Assembly: GCA_016188975.1 (NCBI GenBank)
Contig: JACPGQ010000008.1
Coordinates: 17,812-81,811, forward strand
Direction: 5' to 3'
Source of the DNA: Candidatus Levyibacteriota bacterium
GTDB lineage: Bacteria > Patescibacteriota > Microgenomatia > Levybacterales > UBA12049
DNA: 64,000 nt
The notes under the pieces are model-generated. The model saw only the letters and a list, made by a program, of their open reading frames with translations. It made no database searches and was not told the DNA's origin. Both the position numbers and the translations under genes were made by a program. Shown one piece after another: positions 48,086 through 56,489 of the stretch (positions are counted from its first letter, which is position 1; every line of letters begins with the position of its first letter).

Positions 48086-49312
48086 TTAAACAAATTTTAG
48101 GCGGTGAGATAACTTTTGCTTTTTAGTAGAAAGGTATCTCTTATTAATTTTGTTTGGTCTTATCTCCAGAGGGATAGTTTTTATAATCTCTATACCAAAG
48201 CTAGTAAGCTGTTTCTCTTTATCTGGATTATTGGTTAACAGATTTATCTTCGTAATCCCTAAATCGTTTAAAATATCTACTGCAATTTTATATTGGCGTG
48301 CATCAACAGGAAAGCCTAGTGATTCATTGGCCTTAACTGTATCATGGCCTTTATCCTGCAGGGCATACGCTCTGATTTTATTAGTCAAACCAATCCCTCT
48401 TCCTTCTTGACTAAGATACAGAATAACGCCGCTACCTTTTTTATTTATCAATTTCGTACTTTGGCGCAATTGCTCTCCACAATCACACCGTAAAGAGGAA
48501 AGTGTATCTCCGGTTAAACACTGGGAATGAATTCTTAAGAGCATAGTATCTTTGAGTTCACCTTTTACTAAAGCTATATGCTCTCTATTATCAATTACTG
48601 ATTTATAAACTATTAACTGAAAATTCCCATAGTTAGTCGGAAGTATAGAAGTAGCAGTTTTAATTATTTCCTTACCCTCTTCAAGTTTGCCTAAAGGATT
48701 CTTCTTCATGTATTTAATCAAATCCTTAATTGAGATTATTTTTATCTTTAGTTTTTGAGATAGTGTAATAAGTTCTGGCAATTTAGCCATATTTCCATCA
48801 CTGCCAACAATTTCACACAAAACCCCTGCTGGTGTAAAATATGCCAGCCTCGCAAGATCAACTGCAGCCTCAGTATGACCATCTCTTTCTAAAACACCAC
48901 CATTTTTTGCCACCAACCCAAAGACGTGGCCTGGACGAGAAAGATCAGAAGGAGTAGATTTAGAATCTGCTAATATATTAATGGTTTTAAACCGATCAAA
49001 GGCAGATACTCCAGTCGTAATACCAATTTTGGCATTAACTGAGACAGTAAAATTAACTTTAGTTTTTTCACTGTTTTCAAAAGGAGCAACCATTAATGGA
49101 AGCTGTAAATTGACTGCTTGCTGTCTAGTGATCGCTGCACAAAGTAAACCCCCTCCAAATTTAATCATTGTTAGAATATATTCAGGAGTTGTTTTATCTA
49201 CAGGGACATAAAAGTCTCCTTCGTTCTCCCTACGAGGGCTATCAACGATGATAAGCATCTTGCCTTGTTTTATATCTTCTATTGCTTCCGTAATGGTGGC
49301 AAAATAATTCAT
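48086..49312 (-). CDS. ribBA: Bifunctional DHBP synthase / GTP cyclohydrolase II RibBA
   Basis: RRENEGDFY (RibB) and the CDCGEQL zinc motif (RibA). Confidence 0.85.
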   Translation of the reverse strand: MNYFATITEAIEDIKQGKMLIIVDSPRRENEGDFYVPVDKTTPEYILTMIKFGGGLLCAAITRQQAVNLQLPLMVAPFENSEKTKVNFTVSVNAKIGITTGVSAFDRFKTINILADSKSTPSDLSRPGHVFGLVAKNGGVLERDGHTEAAVDLARLAYFTPAGVLCEIVGSDGNMAKLPELITLSQKLKIKIISIKDLIKYMKKNPLGKLEEGKEIIKTATSILPTNYGNFQLIVYKSVIDNREHIALVKGELKDTMLLRIHSQCLTGDTLSSLRCDCGEQLRQSTKLINKKGSGVILYLSQEGRGIGLTNKIRAYALQDKGHDTVKANESLGFPVDARQYKIAVDILNDLGITKINLLTNNPDKEKQLTSFGIEIIKTIPLEIRPNKINKRYLSTKKQKLSHRLKFV

Positions 49313-49752
49313 ATCTTTGATAAAATTTTAATCATCGCTAAGGCTGTTAAGGCTGCCTCAACTCCTTTATTTTCTTCATCTCTTGTAGCTCGCTCTATTG
49401 CATCTTTAATGTCATATACAGCCAAAACCTCAAAGATTACTGGAACTTCATATTGCCAAGAAGCATCCATACAGCCTCTGATACACTCATCGGCAATTTG
49501 TTCAAAATGATACGTTTTTCCCTTAAGGATAGCTCCAAAAGTAATAATTGCATCATAAATACCTTTCTTAGCCAACTTTTTTACCACAAGCGGAATTTCC
49601 AAAGAACCTGGCACTCTAAAAATCTCTATCTGACTTATCTTTACGTCTCTACTTTTAAGAGTCTGAATACAATGTTTTTCTAAGTTATCAGCTACTTCTC
49701 TTCTAAAAGAGCTGCTAACTATGGCAATTCTAATATCCTTAGTTTGTTTCAT
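49309..49752 (-). CDS. ribH: 6,7-dimethyl-8-ribityllumazine synthase
   Basis: 147 aa lumazine synthase fold (RIAIVSSSFRREV, GAILKGKTYHFEQ). Confidence 0.85.
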   Translation of the reverse strand: MKQTKDIRIAIVSSSFRREVADNLEKHCIQTLKSRDVKISQIEIFRVPGSLEIPLVVKKLAKKGIYDAIITFGAILKGKTYHFEQIADECIRGCMDASWQYEVPVIFEVLAVYDIKDAIERATRDEENKGVEAALTALAMIKILSKI

Positions 49753-50333
49753 GCTTTTATCAGTTTTTCTATATATTTTGCTAAAATATCAACTTCAATA
49801 TTGAAATAATCACCCGGTTTGATTGTGCATAACATAGTTTTGTCCCAAGTATGAGGGATTATTCCAACGGTAAAAAAGTTTTTTTGAACTTCTATAACGG
49901 TTAAGGAGATACCATTAATAGCGATAGATCCTTTTTCAACAATATATTTAGACAACTCTTTCGGTATTAAAAATTTTAGAATAGTACTATTACCTTTTTG
50001 AGTAATAGTTGCTAACTTTGCTACTCCGTCAATATGACCTTGCACAATATGACCTGATAACAAAGAATTTACCGTTGCAGGCAGCTCTAAATTAACCAAG
50101 CTGTTAGTTTGAAGATACTTAATCATTGTTTTCTTTTCAGTTTCAGGCATAAAATCTACACGAAAACTAGCTTCTGTTACATTGACTACTGTTAAACAAA
50201 TTCCATTTACTGCAATGCTTGCACCTTTAGACAAGCTATTGATTAATCCCTTATCCGCTTTGATTATCAGACTATTTTCTGATTTATCAACTACTTTTCC
50301 TAAATGTGTAATAATTCCTGTAAACATAAGCAT
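49749..50333 (-). CDS. ribE: Riboflavin synthase alpha subunit
   Basis: MFTGIITHLGKV and the internal duplicated lumazine-binding repeat. The start is at 50333 (MLMFTGI) or 50327. The longest ORF (to 50369) would read through the riboswitch terminator. Confidence 0.8.
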   Translation of the reverse strand: MLMFTGIITHLGKVVDKSENSLIIKADKGLINSLSKGASIAVNGICLTVVNVTEASFRVDFMPETEKKTMIKYLQTNSLVNLELPATVNSLLSGHIVQGHIDGVAKLATITQKGNSTILKFLIPKELSKYIVEKGSIAINGISLTVIEVQKNFFTVGIIPHTWDKTMLCTIKPGDYFNIEVDILAKYIEKLIKA

Positions 50334-50334
50334 T

Positions 50335-50530
50335 AAAAAACCCCGATTTCTCGGGGTGCAAAACTCCACATAAACAATCTGCAGACTTTCCCTTCTTTCA
50401 TCCCGACTATACGGTCGACGCTGGGATATACCAGACTCGTGTCCAACACTTAGGTCAGACTCGTGGGTTTAGAACGTTAAAGCGAAGCTTTTTACGTTCC
50501 TATACCACCGATTAGGATTTCCACCTTGCC
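50335..50530 (-). promoter_or_regulatory. FMN riboswitch (RFN element) with an intrinsic terminator/sequestrator abutting the ribE start
   Basis: On the minus strand: CCUUCGGGGCAAGGUGGAAAUCCUAAUCGGUGGUAUA...GUCUGGUAUAUCCCAGCGUCGACCGUAUAGUCGGGAUGAAAGAAGG. This matches the conserved RFN P1-P6 core (UUCGGGGCAGGGUGAAAUUCCC...GCCGACGGUAUAGUCCGGAUG.GAGAG). It is followed by CACCCCGAGAAAUCGGGGUUUUUU. Confidence 0.8.
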
Positions 50531-50644
50531 CCGAAGGAATGTGCGTTAATTGTACCATAAAAATTCCAGGATTTCTTAAGATTTAATTTTATGCATGCGG
50601 TAGCAAAAATGGATGTTTGATTGATAAATCAATCTTAAAGGTTA

Positions 50645-50790
50645 GGGTAATAATGGCCCCGCACCTTGTTCGGGATCATTGTTATACCGCTGCGCTATGC
50701 TAATGCAGGATAATGGCCCTGCGATTTGCTCAGGACCATTCGTCTATCAAATTCCATTAAGCCAATTGTGGATAATGGCATTTTTTGAAA
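50645..50790. repeat. Cluster of related hairpin repeats carrying a GGATAATGGC core (2-3 copies)
   Basis: Copies at ~50651-50697 and ~50701-50745 form hairpins (AATGGCCCCG..CGGGATCATT and AATGGCCCTG..CAGGACCATT). A third GGATAATGGCA lies at 50772. Similar sequence occurs at the 3' coding end of secA (53190-53246). Confidence 0.4.
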
Positions 50791-50822
50791 TGCTATCATA
50801 ATAGGGCGCCTCATACAATTCA

Positions 50823-51644
50823 CTATTTAACCTCTTCCCATGTATCAGTTGCGGTATCCTGCCGATATACTTTTCCAGTTTTATTTTCAACCTTATACCA
50901 GTTAAAGGTTGTCATATGGTCTGGAAAGGACTCAAAAACTTTAACAATTGAATATACATCTTCCTTATGATCAACTGTAATTCCAAACTTTGATCTTCCA
51001 CTTTCTTCAACTGCTTTTTTAAACTCCGTAACTTCAGAGAGTCCAGAAACTAAACTCACGCCCTCTTGCCCGTTGTTTTTCTGAGGTCTTAAAAGAAATA
51101 AGACAGAAATGATAAGTATAGTAATTCCGGTAAAAATAAGAACTTTATTCAGCTGAATAGCTTTATTTTTCTGTCCTCTATCCCTTAGCTGAAGCTGCTG
51201 CCAGAGAAGCAAAACCACGACATCAGCAATAAGTAAAATCAAAGAGGCAATAATCGGCGCAATATCGTAAAGAGTTAGCATAAAAGCTCCGGGTCGAAGA
51301 GTATACGCAGTGACAAAAAGAAGAATTGTGTTCGCGATAGTTGCAATAGAGGCAAGTTTTAGCGCTTCTGCATCTTTTGCAAAAAATAAAACTGTCGAGA
51401 CAATAAGAAGAATAAGAAATAATAAAACAAGCAAATTTCCTTCTAGCGCAAGATTTAAACCAGTTATTCCGCCAAATTTTAAAGATGTCCAGGGAAGAAG
51501 CGTTAGTGTCAAAACAGAAATAGTTAGCCCAAGCGCGGTTTTTCGAAGTCTTTCCAGTTTTTCTTTTGAGAAAGAATAATAAAATGTCTTAAGCGCCCAA
51601 AATGAAATAAGCCCCCAAGCAACCCAAAAAAAGGCAGTTTCCAT
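50823..51644 (-). CDS. Integral membrane protein, function unknown
   Basis: 273 aa with multiple TM helices. Confidence 0.35.
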   Translation of the reverse strand: METAFFWVAWGLISFWALKTFYYSFSKEKLERLRKTALGLTISVLTLTLLPWTSLKFGGITGLNLALEGNLLVLLFLILLIVSTVLFFAKDAEALKLASIATIANTILLFVTAYTLRPGAFMLTLYDIAPIIASLILLIADVVVLLLWQQLQLRDRGQKNKAIQLNKVLIFTGITILIISVLFLLRPQKNNGQEGVSLVSGLSEVTEFKKAVEESGRSKFGITVDHKEDVYSIVKVFESFPDHMTTFNWYKVENKTGKVYRQDTATDTWEEVK

Positions 51645-51646
51645 TT

Positions 51647-51955
51647 TTATTTCCCTGCACTAAAGAGTACAAGAATTGTAAATGTGGCAAATAGTGAAAC
51701 TGCAATACTAAAAACATTTAGGCCAATGGCAATAAATGATAGGTAGCGAGTAGTCATAAATGGTACAGCTGTAAAATTTTTCCTTCCAACTTTTCCTTGA
51801 TAACCAAGAGGAATAGTAACTTTTTTCTCCGGCATTTTAAGTGACAAAACACTCAAAACTAGTCCGGGAATTGACAAGAACAAACTAAAAATCCCTGTTA
51901 TTGCGAGAACAAATGATGCTATTCCAAGAATATATGAGGTCAATAATTTGTTCAT
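51647..51955 (-). CDS. Small integral membrane protein
   Basis: 102 aa with three TM helices. Confidence 0.3.
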   Translation of the reverse strand: MNKLLTSYILGIASFVLAITGIFSLFLSIPGLVLSVLSLKMPEKKVTIPLGYQGKVGRKNFTAVPFMTTRYLSFIAIGLNVFSIAVSLFATFTILVLFSAGK

Positions 51956-53124
51956 TTCCTGCGATAGGATTTAGCCTTTTTTCTTTTGAGAAAGAAGAAG
52001 ACAACTACAGCCAGAGCTCCTATTCCGACAATAAAAATCCATATTGGTAAGCTTATATTCGCTTGAGATTTAGGTATTACTGTTTTTTCAATCATTGAGC
52101 CATCTTTGCCAATCGTTAGACGCTTAATTTCTGAACCATAAACTGTTGCAATAGTTTTCTTTTCGCCGGTGCTTGTACTTTCGATTTCAATCGAACCATC
52201 ATAGATTTCCCAAATTGAGGTTCCACTGTCTTTATCATAAGAGACTCCAAAATCTGTTCCCACAATTGAGGCGGTAGTGTTTAGAGTATGTACTTTCATG
52301 TCTGTTTTAATAGGAGTTTCTAAAACCTTAAATCTCAAAGCACCATTATCTAGCTTTAGTTCTTTCCTATACGCTCCCGGGTTTGTTTGAAAAACTTCCA
52401 CACTGAATTCCTCAAGAGAATCCAAAATAATCGGAATGCCACTTATCCAAACCTCCATTCGCACGTCAAATCCTGTGAAAGCTTTCGCACCGGCTGGGAT
52501 AATATCTCCAACCTTTAACTCAACCCATGTTCCGTCAGCAAGCCGCATGTCTGCAGGGCCATTAAGTTTTCTAACCACACCTGTCAAGGGTTCGCTGGAT
52601 GGTTCTTGCGGAGGAGAATCTGGTTGTAAATCGTTATCAGAAGGAGGCTTATCTAAAAGTGCACTTTCGCCGTATATGAGTGTTGTTGCTGTTTTACCAA
52701 TTGTTGTCAAAGCCCGCATAGGCAAATATCTCATTGAATTACCTCCGGTAGTCAGATTTTGATCCTGTTCTTTTTCTTCTGGAGCTGGAGAAACATTAGT
52801 TTCTGGAGAAGGTTCCTTATTTTCTGGGACAGCTCCCTCTCCTTTCATACACCTTTCATATTCTTCATCATTACAATTTTTCGCTTTTTCATAACAACCA
52901 TCCTGACACGCAGCCCCTGCTGCATAGCCCGCTCCTTTAAGTGGCGGGCAGGAATCACTACATGCTTGGTTAATTTTCCCACACTCTTTATAGGCCTTGT
53001 ATGTGCAGCTATCATGAGTGGGTTGCGCCAAGACGGTCAACGGAAATAGAAATAAAACAATAGCAATTATTGAAGAACAGATGCCTGCCTGCCAAAACTT
53101 TGGTGGGGAAGGAAAATTTTTCAT
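51952..53124 (-). CDS. Secreted/anchored protein with an N-terminal Cys-rich module, a FecR-like beta domain and a C-terminal TM
   Basis: A signal peptide, ~14 Cys in the first 100 aa, a FecR-like region (TASIVGTDFGVSYD) and a C-terminal TM plus KRKKAK tail. Confidence 0.4.
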   Translation of the reverse strand: MKNFPSPPKFWQAGICSSIIAIVLFLFPLTVLAQPTHDSCTYKAYKECGKINQACSDSCPPLKGAGYAAGAACQDGCYEKAKNCNDEEYERCMKGEGAVPENKEPSPETNVSPAPEEKEQDQNLTTGGNSMRYLPMRALTTIGKTATTLIYGESALLDKPPSDNDLQPDSPPQEPSSEPLTGVVRKLNGPADMRLADGTWVELKVGDIIPAGAKAFTGFDVRMEVWISGIPIILDSLEEFSVEVFQTNPGAYRKELKLDNGALRFKVLETPIKTDMKVHTLNTTASIVGTDFGVSYDKDSGTSIWEIYDGSIEIESTSTGEKKTIATVYGSEIKRLTIGKDGSMIEKTVIPKSQANISLPIWIFIVGIGALAVVVFFFLKRKKAKSYRRK

Positions 53125-53182
53125 GTCTCTTGCCTATTAAATAAAGTAAGGCACATGCAAAGTGATTTGTCAAATTTCGCTG

Positions 53183-56002
53183 TTAGTTTGGATAATGGCA
53201 CCGCTTCCACTTTTTTCCTGATCCACACCAACAGGGATCATTTCGACCGAGTTTCTTCTTTGAAGAAACGAGGGAGTCCGCCGAAGCCTTTGGCGTAGAT
53301 GGACGGCCAACTCCTTTTGCGTCTTCGCTCACTTCACTTTCAGGTGTATTTTCAACAGCATTCTGGTTTCCAGATGGTTGCGAATTATCGTGGACGTGAA
53401 TTCTATAAATCTGATGCGCTGCTTCATCATCTATTGCCGCTAACAATCGCTCAAACATGCGGTATGCTTCATTTTTATACTCAACGAGCGGATCTTTCTG
53501 CGCGTACGCTTGCAATCGTATTCCCTCTCGAAGGTGATCGATTGCATCCAGATGATTCATCCAGACATTATCAATAACAGACAACATAACAAACCTCTCA
53601 ATTTGTCGCATAGTTTCCTTGCCCATCGATTCTTCACGCTTGCTATAAATGTCATGCGCGAGCCTTACGAGAAAATCAGTTTTTTCATCAGGGGTTTTGT
53701 GTTGTTCTAACTGATTGACAAGCTGTCTCTGAGATGCATCATCGAAAGGAATGATTGTCGCAAAGCTCTGAACAATTTTCACATTACTTTCACCTATCTC
53801 GCCTGTTGCATTTTGAACATTTGCCTCCATTGCAACAAGCATACTAATACTCTTATCGACACGTTCAAGAACCTGCTCACGAAGCGCTATCTCCTTATGA
53901 TCACTCTTTTCATTTTCTGCTGTGCTTTTTTTGTTTTTCTCTCCCCTTTCAGCCATAGGCTGATCGGCCTTTGGACGAGATACCTCAGATACTTCTCCCA
54001 CCGAACCAGTTTCTAAAATTTCTCTTCGCAACCTATAGATAATCTCCCGTTGCTTATTGAGGACATCATCGTACTCGACTAGATGCTTTCTGCTGTCAAA
54101 ATTGAACTTCTCTACCTTTACTTGTGCGTTCTCTATTGCTCGTGAGACAAGCGAATGTTCAAGCGGTACGTCTTCCGGCATATTAAATCTCGTCATAATA
54201 CCGGCGATTTTGTCACCGCCAAAAATACGCATAATATCATCATCAAGCCCAACAAAAAACCTCGATGCTCCAGGATCTCCCTGCCTGCCCGATCGTCCAC
54301 GAAGCTGATTATCAATACGTCGTGATTCATGTCTCTCAGTACCTATGACATATAATCCCCCAAGTTTTACCACTTCATCATGTGCTTTCTGCCACGCTTT
54401 CCATTCGGCAGTCCCGAGTTTTGGTCTGCCGTCTTCAAGCTTTGGCGTCTCGCCACCAAGGATAATATCAACACCACGACCTGCCATATTTGTTGCCACA
54501 GTTACTGCACCTTTCTTGCCAGCCTCAGCAATAATTTCTGCTTCCCGCAGGTGGTTTTTTGCATTGAGAACTGCATGCCTTATCCCCTTCCTCGTCAAAA
54601 GTTGGGAAATAATTTCATTTTTATCAATTGAGGTCGTGCCGACGAGTACCGGTTGCCCTTTTTTATACGCTTCTTCTATTGACTTAGCAACAGCAGTGAG
54701 TTTTGCACGGGCTGTCTTGTAAACTGCATCAGGAAAATCCTGCCTAACGACAGGGTTATTTGTAGGAATTGCAATGACATCGAGTTTGTAAATTTTCTTA
54801 AATTCTTCAGCTTCTGTCAGCGCAGTCCCTGTCATCCCTGCGAGCTTCTCATACATCCTGAAGTAATTTTGGAGGGAAACTGTTGCAAGTGTTTTTGATT
54901 CCCGCTGGATGGGAACATTTTCTTTTGCTTCAATCGCTTGGTGAATCCCATCTGAAAGACGACGTCCAGGAAGAAGTCTTCCCGTAAATTCATCAACAAG
55001 AATCACTTCTTCGTCCCGAACGATATACTCTTTCTCTCTATGAAAAAGCGTCCGCGCTTTGAGCGCTGCTTCTAAGTGATACACTGTATCAAAATCTTTC
55101 TCGTAGATATTTGCGATACCGTAGAGTTTTTCAATTTTTCCTATGCCATGATCAGTAAGATGTGCAGTACGCAACTTCTCATCAATTTTATAGTCTGTTT
55201 CGGAAGATAATTTATTGACAAGTTTTGCATATTCATAGTACCGTTCCGATGGTGATTCATCTGGCTGAGAAATAATGTGCGGTGTACGGGCTTCATCGAT
55301 GAGGACTGAATCAACTTCATCAACAATCGCAAAATAAAAGTCGCGCTGGACGACATTTGCAATATTTCCTGCCATATTATCTCTGAGGTAATCAAATCCA
55401 TATTCTGAATTGATACCATAGACGACATCCGCCTGATATGCCTCTTTTCTCGTAATAGGTTTCAAATGAGCAAGTCTGTAATCTGTTGCTTCTGTGTCGA
55501 CAAATGATGGGTCATACAAAAATGACCGCTCGCTAATCATCGATGCAACAGAAACTCCAAGGAGGTGAAAAATAGGACCCATCCATCCAGCATCACGGCG
55601 TGCAAGGTAATCATTGACAGTAACAAGATGAACACTTCGTCCCGTCAGACTATTCAGGTACAGTGCAGGGACTGCGGAGAGCGTTTTTCCTTCACCTGTT
55701 TTCTGCTCTGCATTTTTTCCTTCTGAAAGAGCAATTGCAGCCATCAGTTGTACGTCATAGTGACGAAGTCCAGTGACCCGTCGGGATGCTTCGCGGACGA
55801 GTGCAAACGCTTCGGGCAACAGTAATTCTATTTTTTCACTTTTTTTTATCCGTGTGCGAAATTCTTCTGTCTTTTTTGCAAAATCTTTGTCTTTTAGTTT
55901 TTTCGCTTGCTCCTCAAGTACATTGATTTGATCAATGATCGGTGTAAACCGCCTGATTTCGCCCTCGTTTGTACTGAAGAATCGTTGAAGAATCTGAAGC
56001 AT
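53183..56002 (-). CDS. secA: Preprotein translocase ATPase SecA
   Basis: 939 aa with the DEAD-like motor motifs and a C-terminal zinc finger (CWCGSGKKWKRCHYPN). Confidence 0.9.
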   Translation of the reverse strand: MLQILQRFFSTNEGEIRRFTPIIDQINVLEEQAKKLKDKDFAKKTEEFRTRIKKSEKIELLLPEAFALVREASRRVTGLRHYDVQLMAAIALSEGKNAEQKTGEGKTLSAVPALYLNSLTGRSVHLVTVNDYLARRDAGWMGPIFHLLGVSVASMISERSFLYDPSFVDTEATDYRLAHLKPITRKEAYQADVVYGINSEYGFDYLRDNMAGNIANVVQRDFYFAIVDEVDSVLIDEARTPHIISQPDESPSERYYEYAKLVNKLSSETDYKIDEKLRTAHLTDHGIGKIEKLYGIANIYEKDFDTVYHLEAALKARTLFHREKEYIVRDEEVILVDEFTGRLLPGRRLSDGIHQAIEAKENVPIQRESKTLATVSLQNYFRMYEKLAGMTGTALTEAEEFKKIYKLDVIAIPTNNPVVRQDFPDAVYKTARAKLTAVAKSIEEAYKKGQPVLVGTTSIDKNEIISQLLTRKGIRHAVLNAKNHLREAEIIAEAGKKGAVTVATNMAGRGVDIILGGETPKLEDGRPKLGTAEWKAWQKAHDEVVKLGGLYVIGTERHESRRIDNQLRGRSGRQGDPGASRFFVGLDDDIMRIFGGDKIAGIMTRFNMPEDVPLEHSLVSRAIENAQVKVEKFNFDSRKHLVEYDDVLNKQREIIYRLRREILETGSVGEVSEVSRPKADQPMAERGEKNKKSTAENEKSDHKEIALREQVLERVDKSISMLVAMEANVQNATGEIGESNVKIVQSFATIIPFDDASQRQLVNQLEQHKTPDEKTDFLVRLAHDIYSKREESMGKETMRQIERFVMLSVIDNVWMNHLDAIDHLREGIRLQAYAQKDPLVEYKNEAYRMFERLLAAIDDEAAHQIYRIHVHDNSQPSGNQNAVENTPESEVSEDAKGVGRPSTPKASADSLVSSKKKLGRNDPCWCGSGKKWKRCHYPN

Positions 56003-56052
56003 AGTGGGAGTATTTTATCACATTTACGCTCCGAGTGCTGAAACATTGTCCG

Positions 56053-56096
56053 AAAAAAACCCCCTACAAATTCGCCAACTGGCGAAGGGCAGGGGG
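56053..56096 (-). terminator. Intrinsic terminator in the secA leader (nested hairpin plus a 7-U tract)
   Basis: Minus strand: CCCCCUGCCCUUCGCCAGUUGGCGAAUUUGUAGGGGG followed by UUUUUUU. It lies between the poly-Lys mini-ORF and the secA ATG. Confidence 0.55.
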
Positions 56097-56149
56097 TTTT
56101 ACCAACTGATCAATTGGTAATCAAGTCCGCTCTTGCGGACAGATACCAA

Positions 56150-56182
56150 TTATTTCTTCTTCTTCTTTTTCTTCTTTGCCAT
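56150..56182 (-). CDS. Mini-ORF MAKKKKKKKK (10 codons) with a very strong Shine-Dalgarno, in the secA 5' leader
   Basis: AAAGGAAAAAAGAGGAGGTGAATCCACC-ATG GCA AAG AAG AAA AAG AAG AAG AAG AAA TAA. The Shine-Dalgarno GGAGGUGA(A)UCC is almost the full complement of the 16S 3' tail. A plausible TTGACA -35 box lies ~90 nt upstream. Confidence 0.4.
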   Translation of the reverse strand: MAKKKKKKKK

Positions 56183-56489
56183 GGTGGATTCACCTCCTCT
56201 TTTTTCCTTTGTCATTTCCGCAAGGAATCACAAAGTAAATGATGAATAAATTATTGAGATATTTACTATGGTTTGTCAAGGAAATTTCGTAGCTTCAAAA
56301 CACTGCGATTTTATTGACTTGAAGGGATAAAATATGAAGGAAAATATTACGATTTTTTAATGAAAAATCGATAAAAATTGTTACATTGTTACCATTGTTT
56401 CATTGTTAAACTAAAAACATAAAGAAATCTTCAATAAACATTTTCTGAAAATATAGCGTGTCCAGCAATGGAACAGTGAAACAAGAGGA

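Noticed and set aside
50334-50369. Extended ribE N-terminus MEFCTPRNRGFL
   Set aside because: It translates the FMN riboswitch terminator hairpin. RibE orthologs start at MFTGII.
50640-50700. Possible tRNA (GTTCGGGATC T-loop-like string, UAGCGCAGCGGUA D-loop-like string)
   Set aside because: No acceptor or anticodon stems can be formed. The sequence is one arm of the GGATAATGGC hairpin repeat.
56150-56182. Interpretation of the poly-Lys mini-ORF as a SecM-like secretion-monitor arrest peptide
   Set aside because: There is no signal sequence and the peptide is only 10 residues, too short to reach out of the exit tunnel. An attenuator or SSR explanation is more parsimonious.
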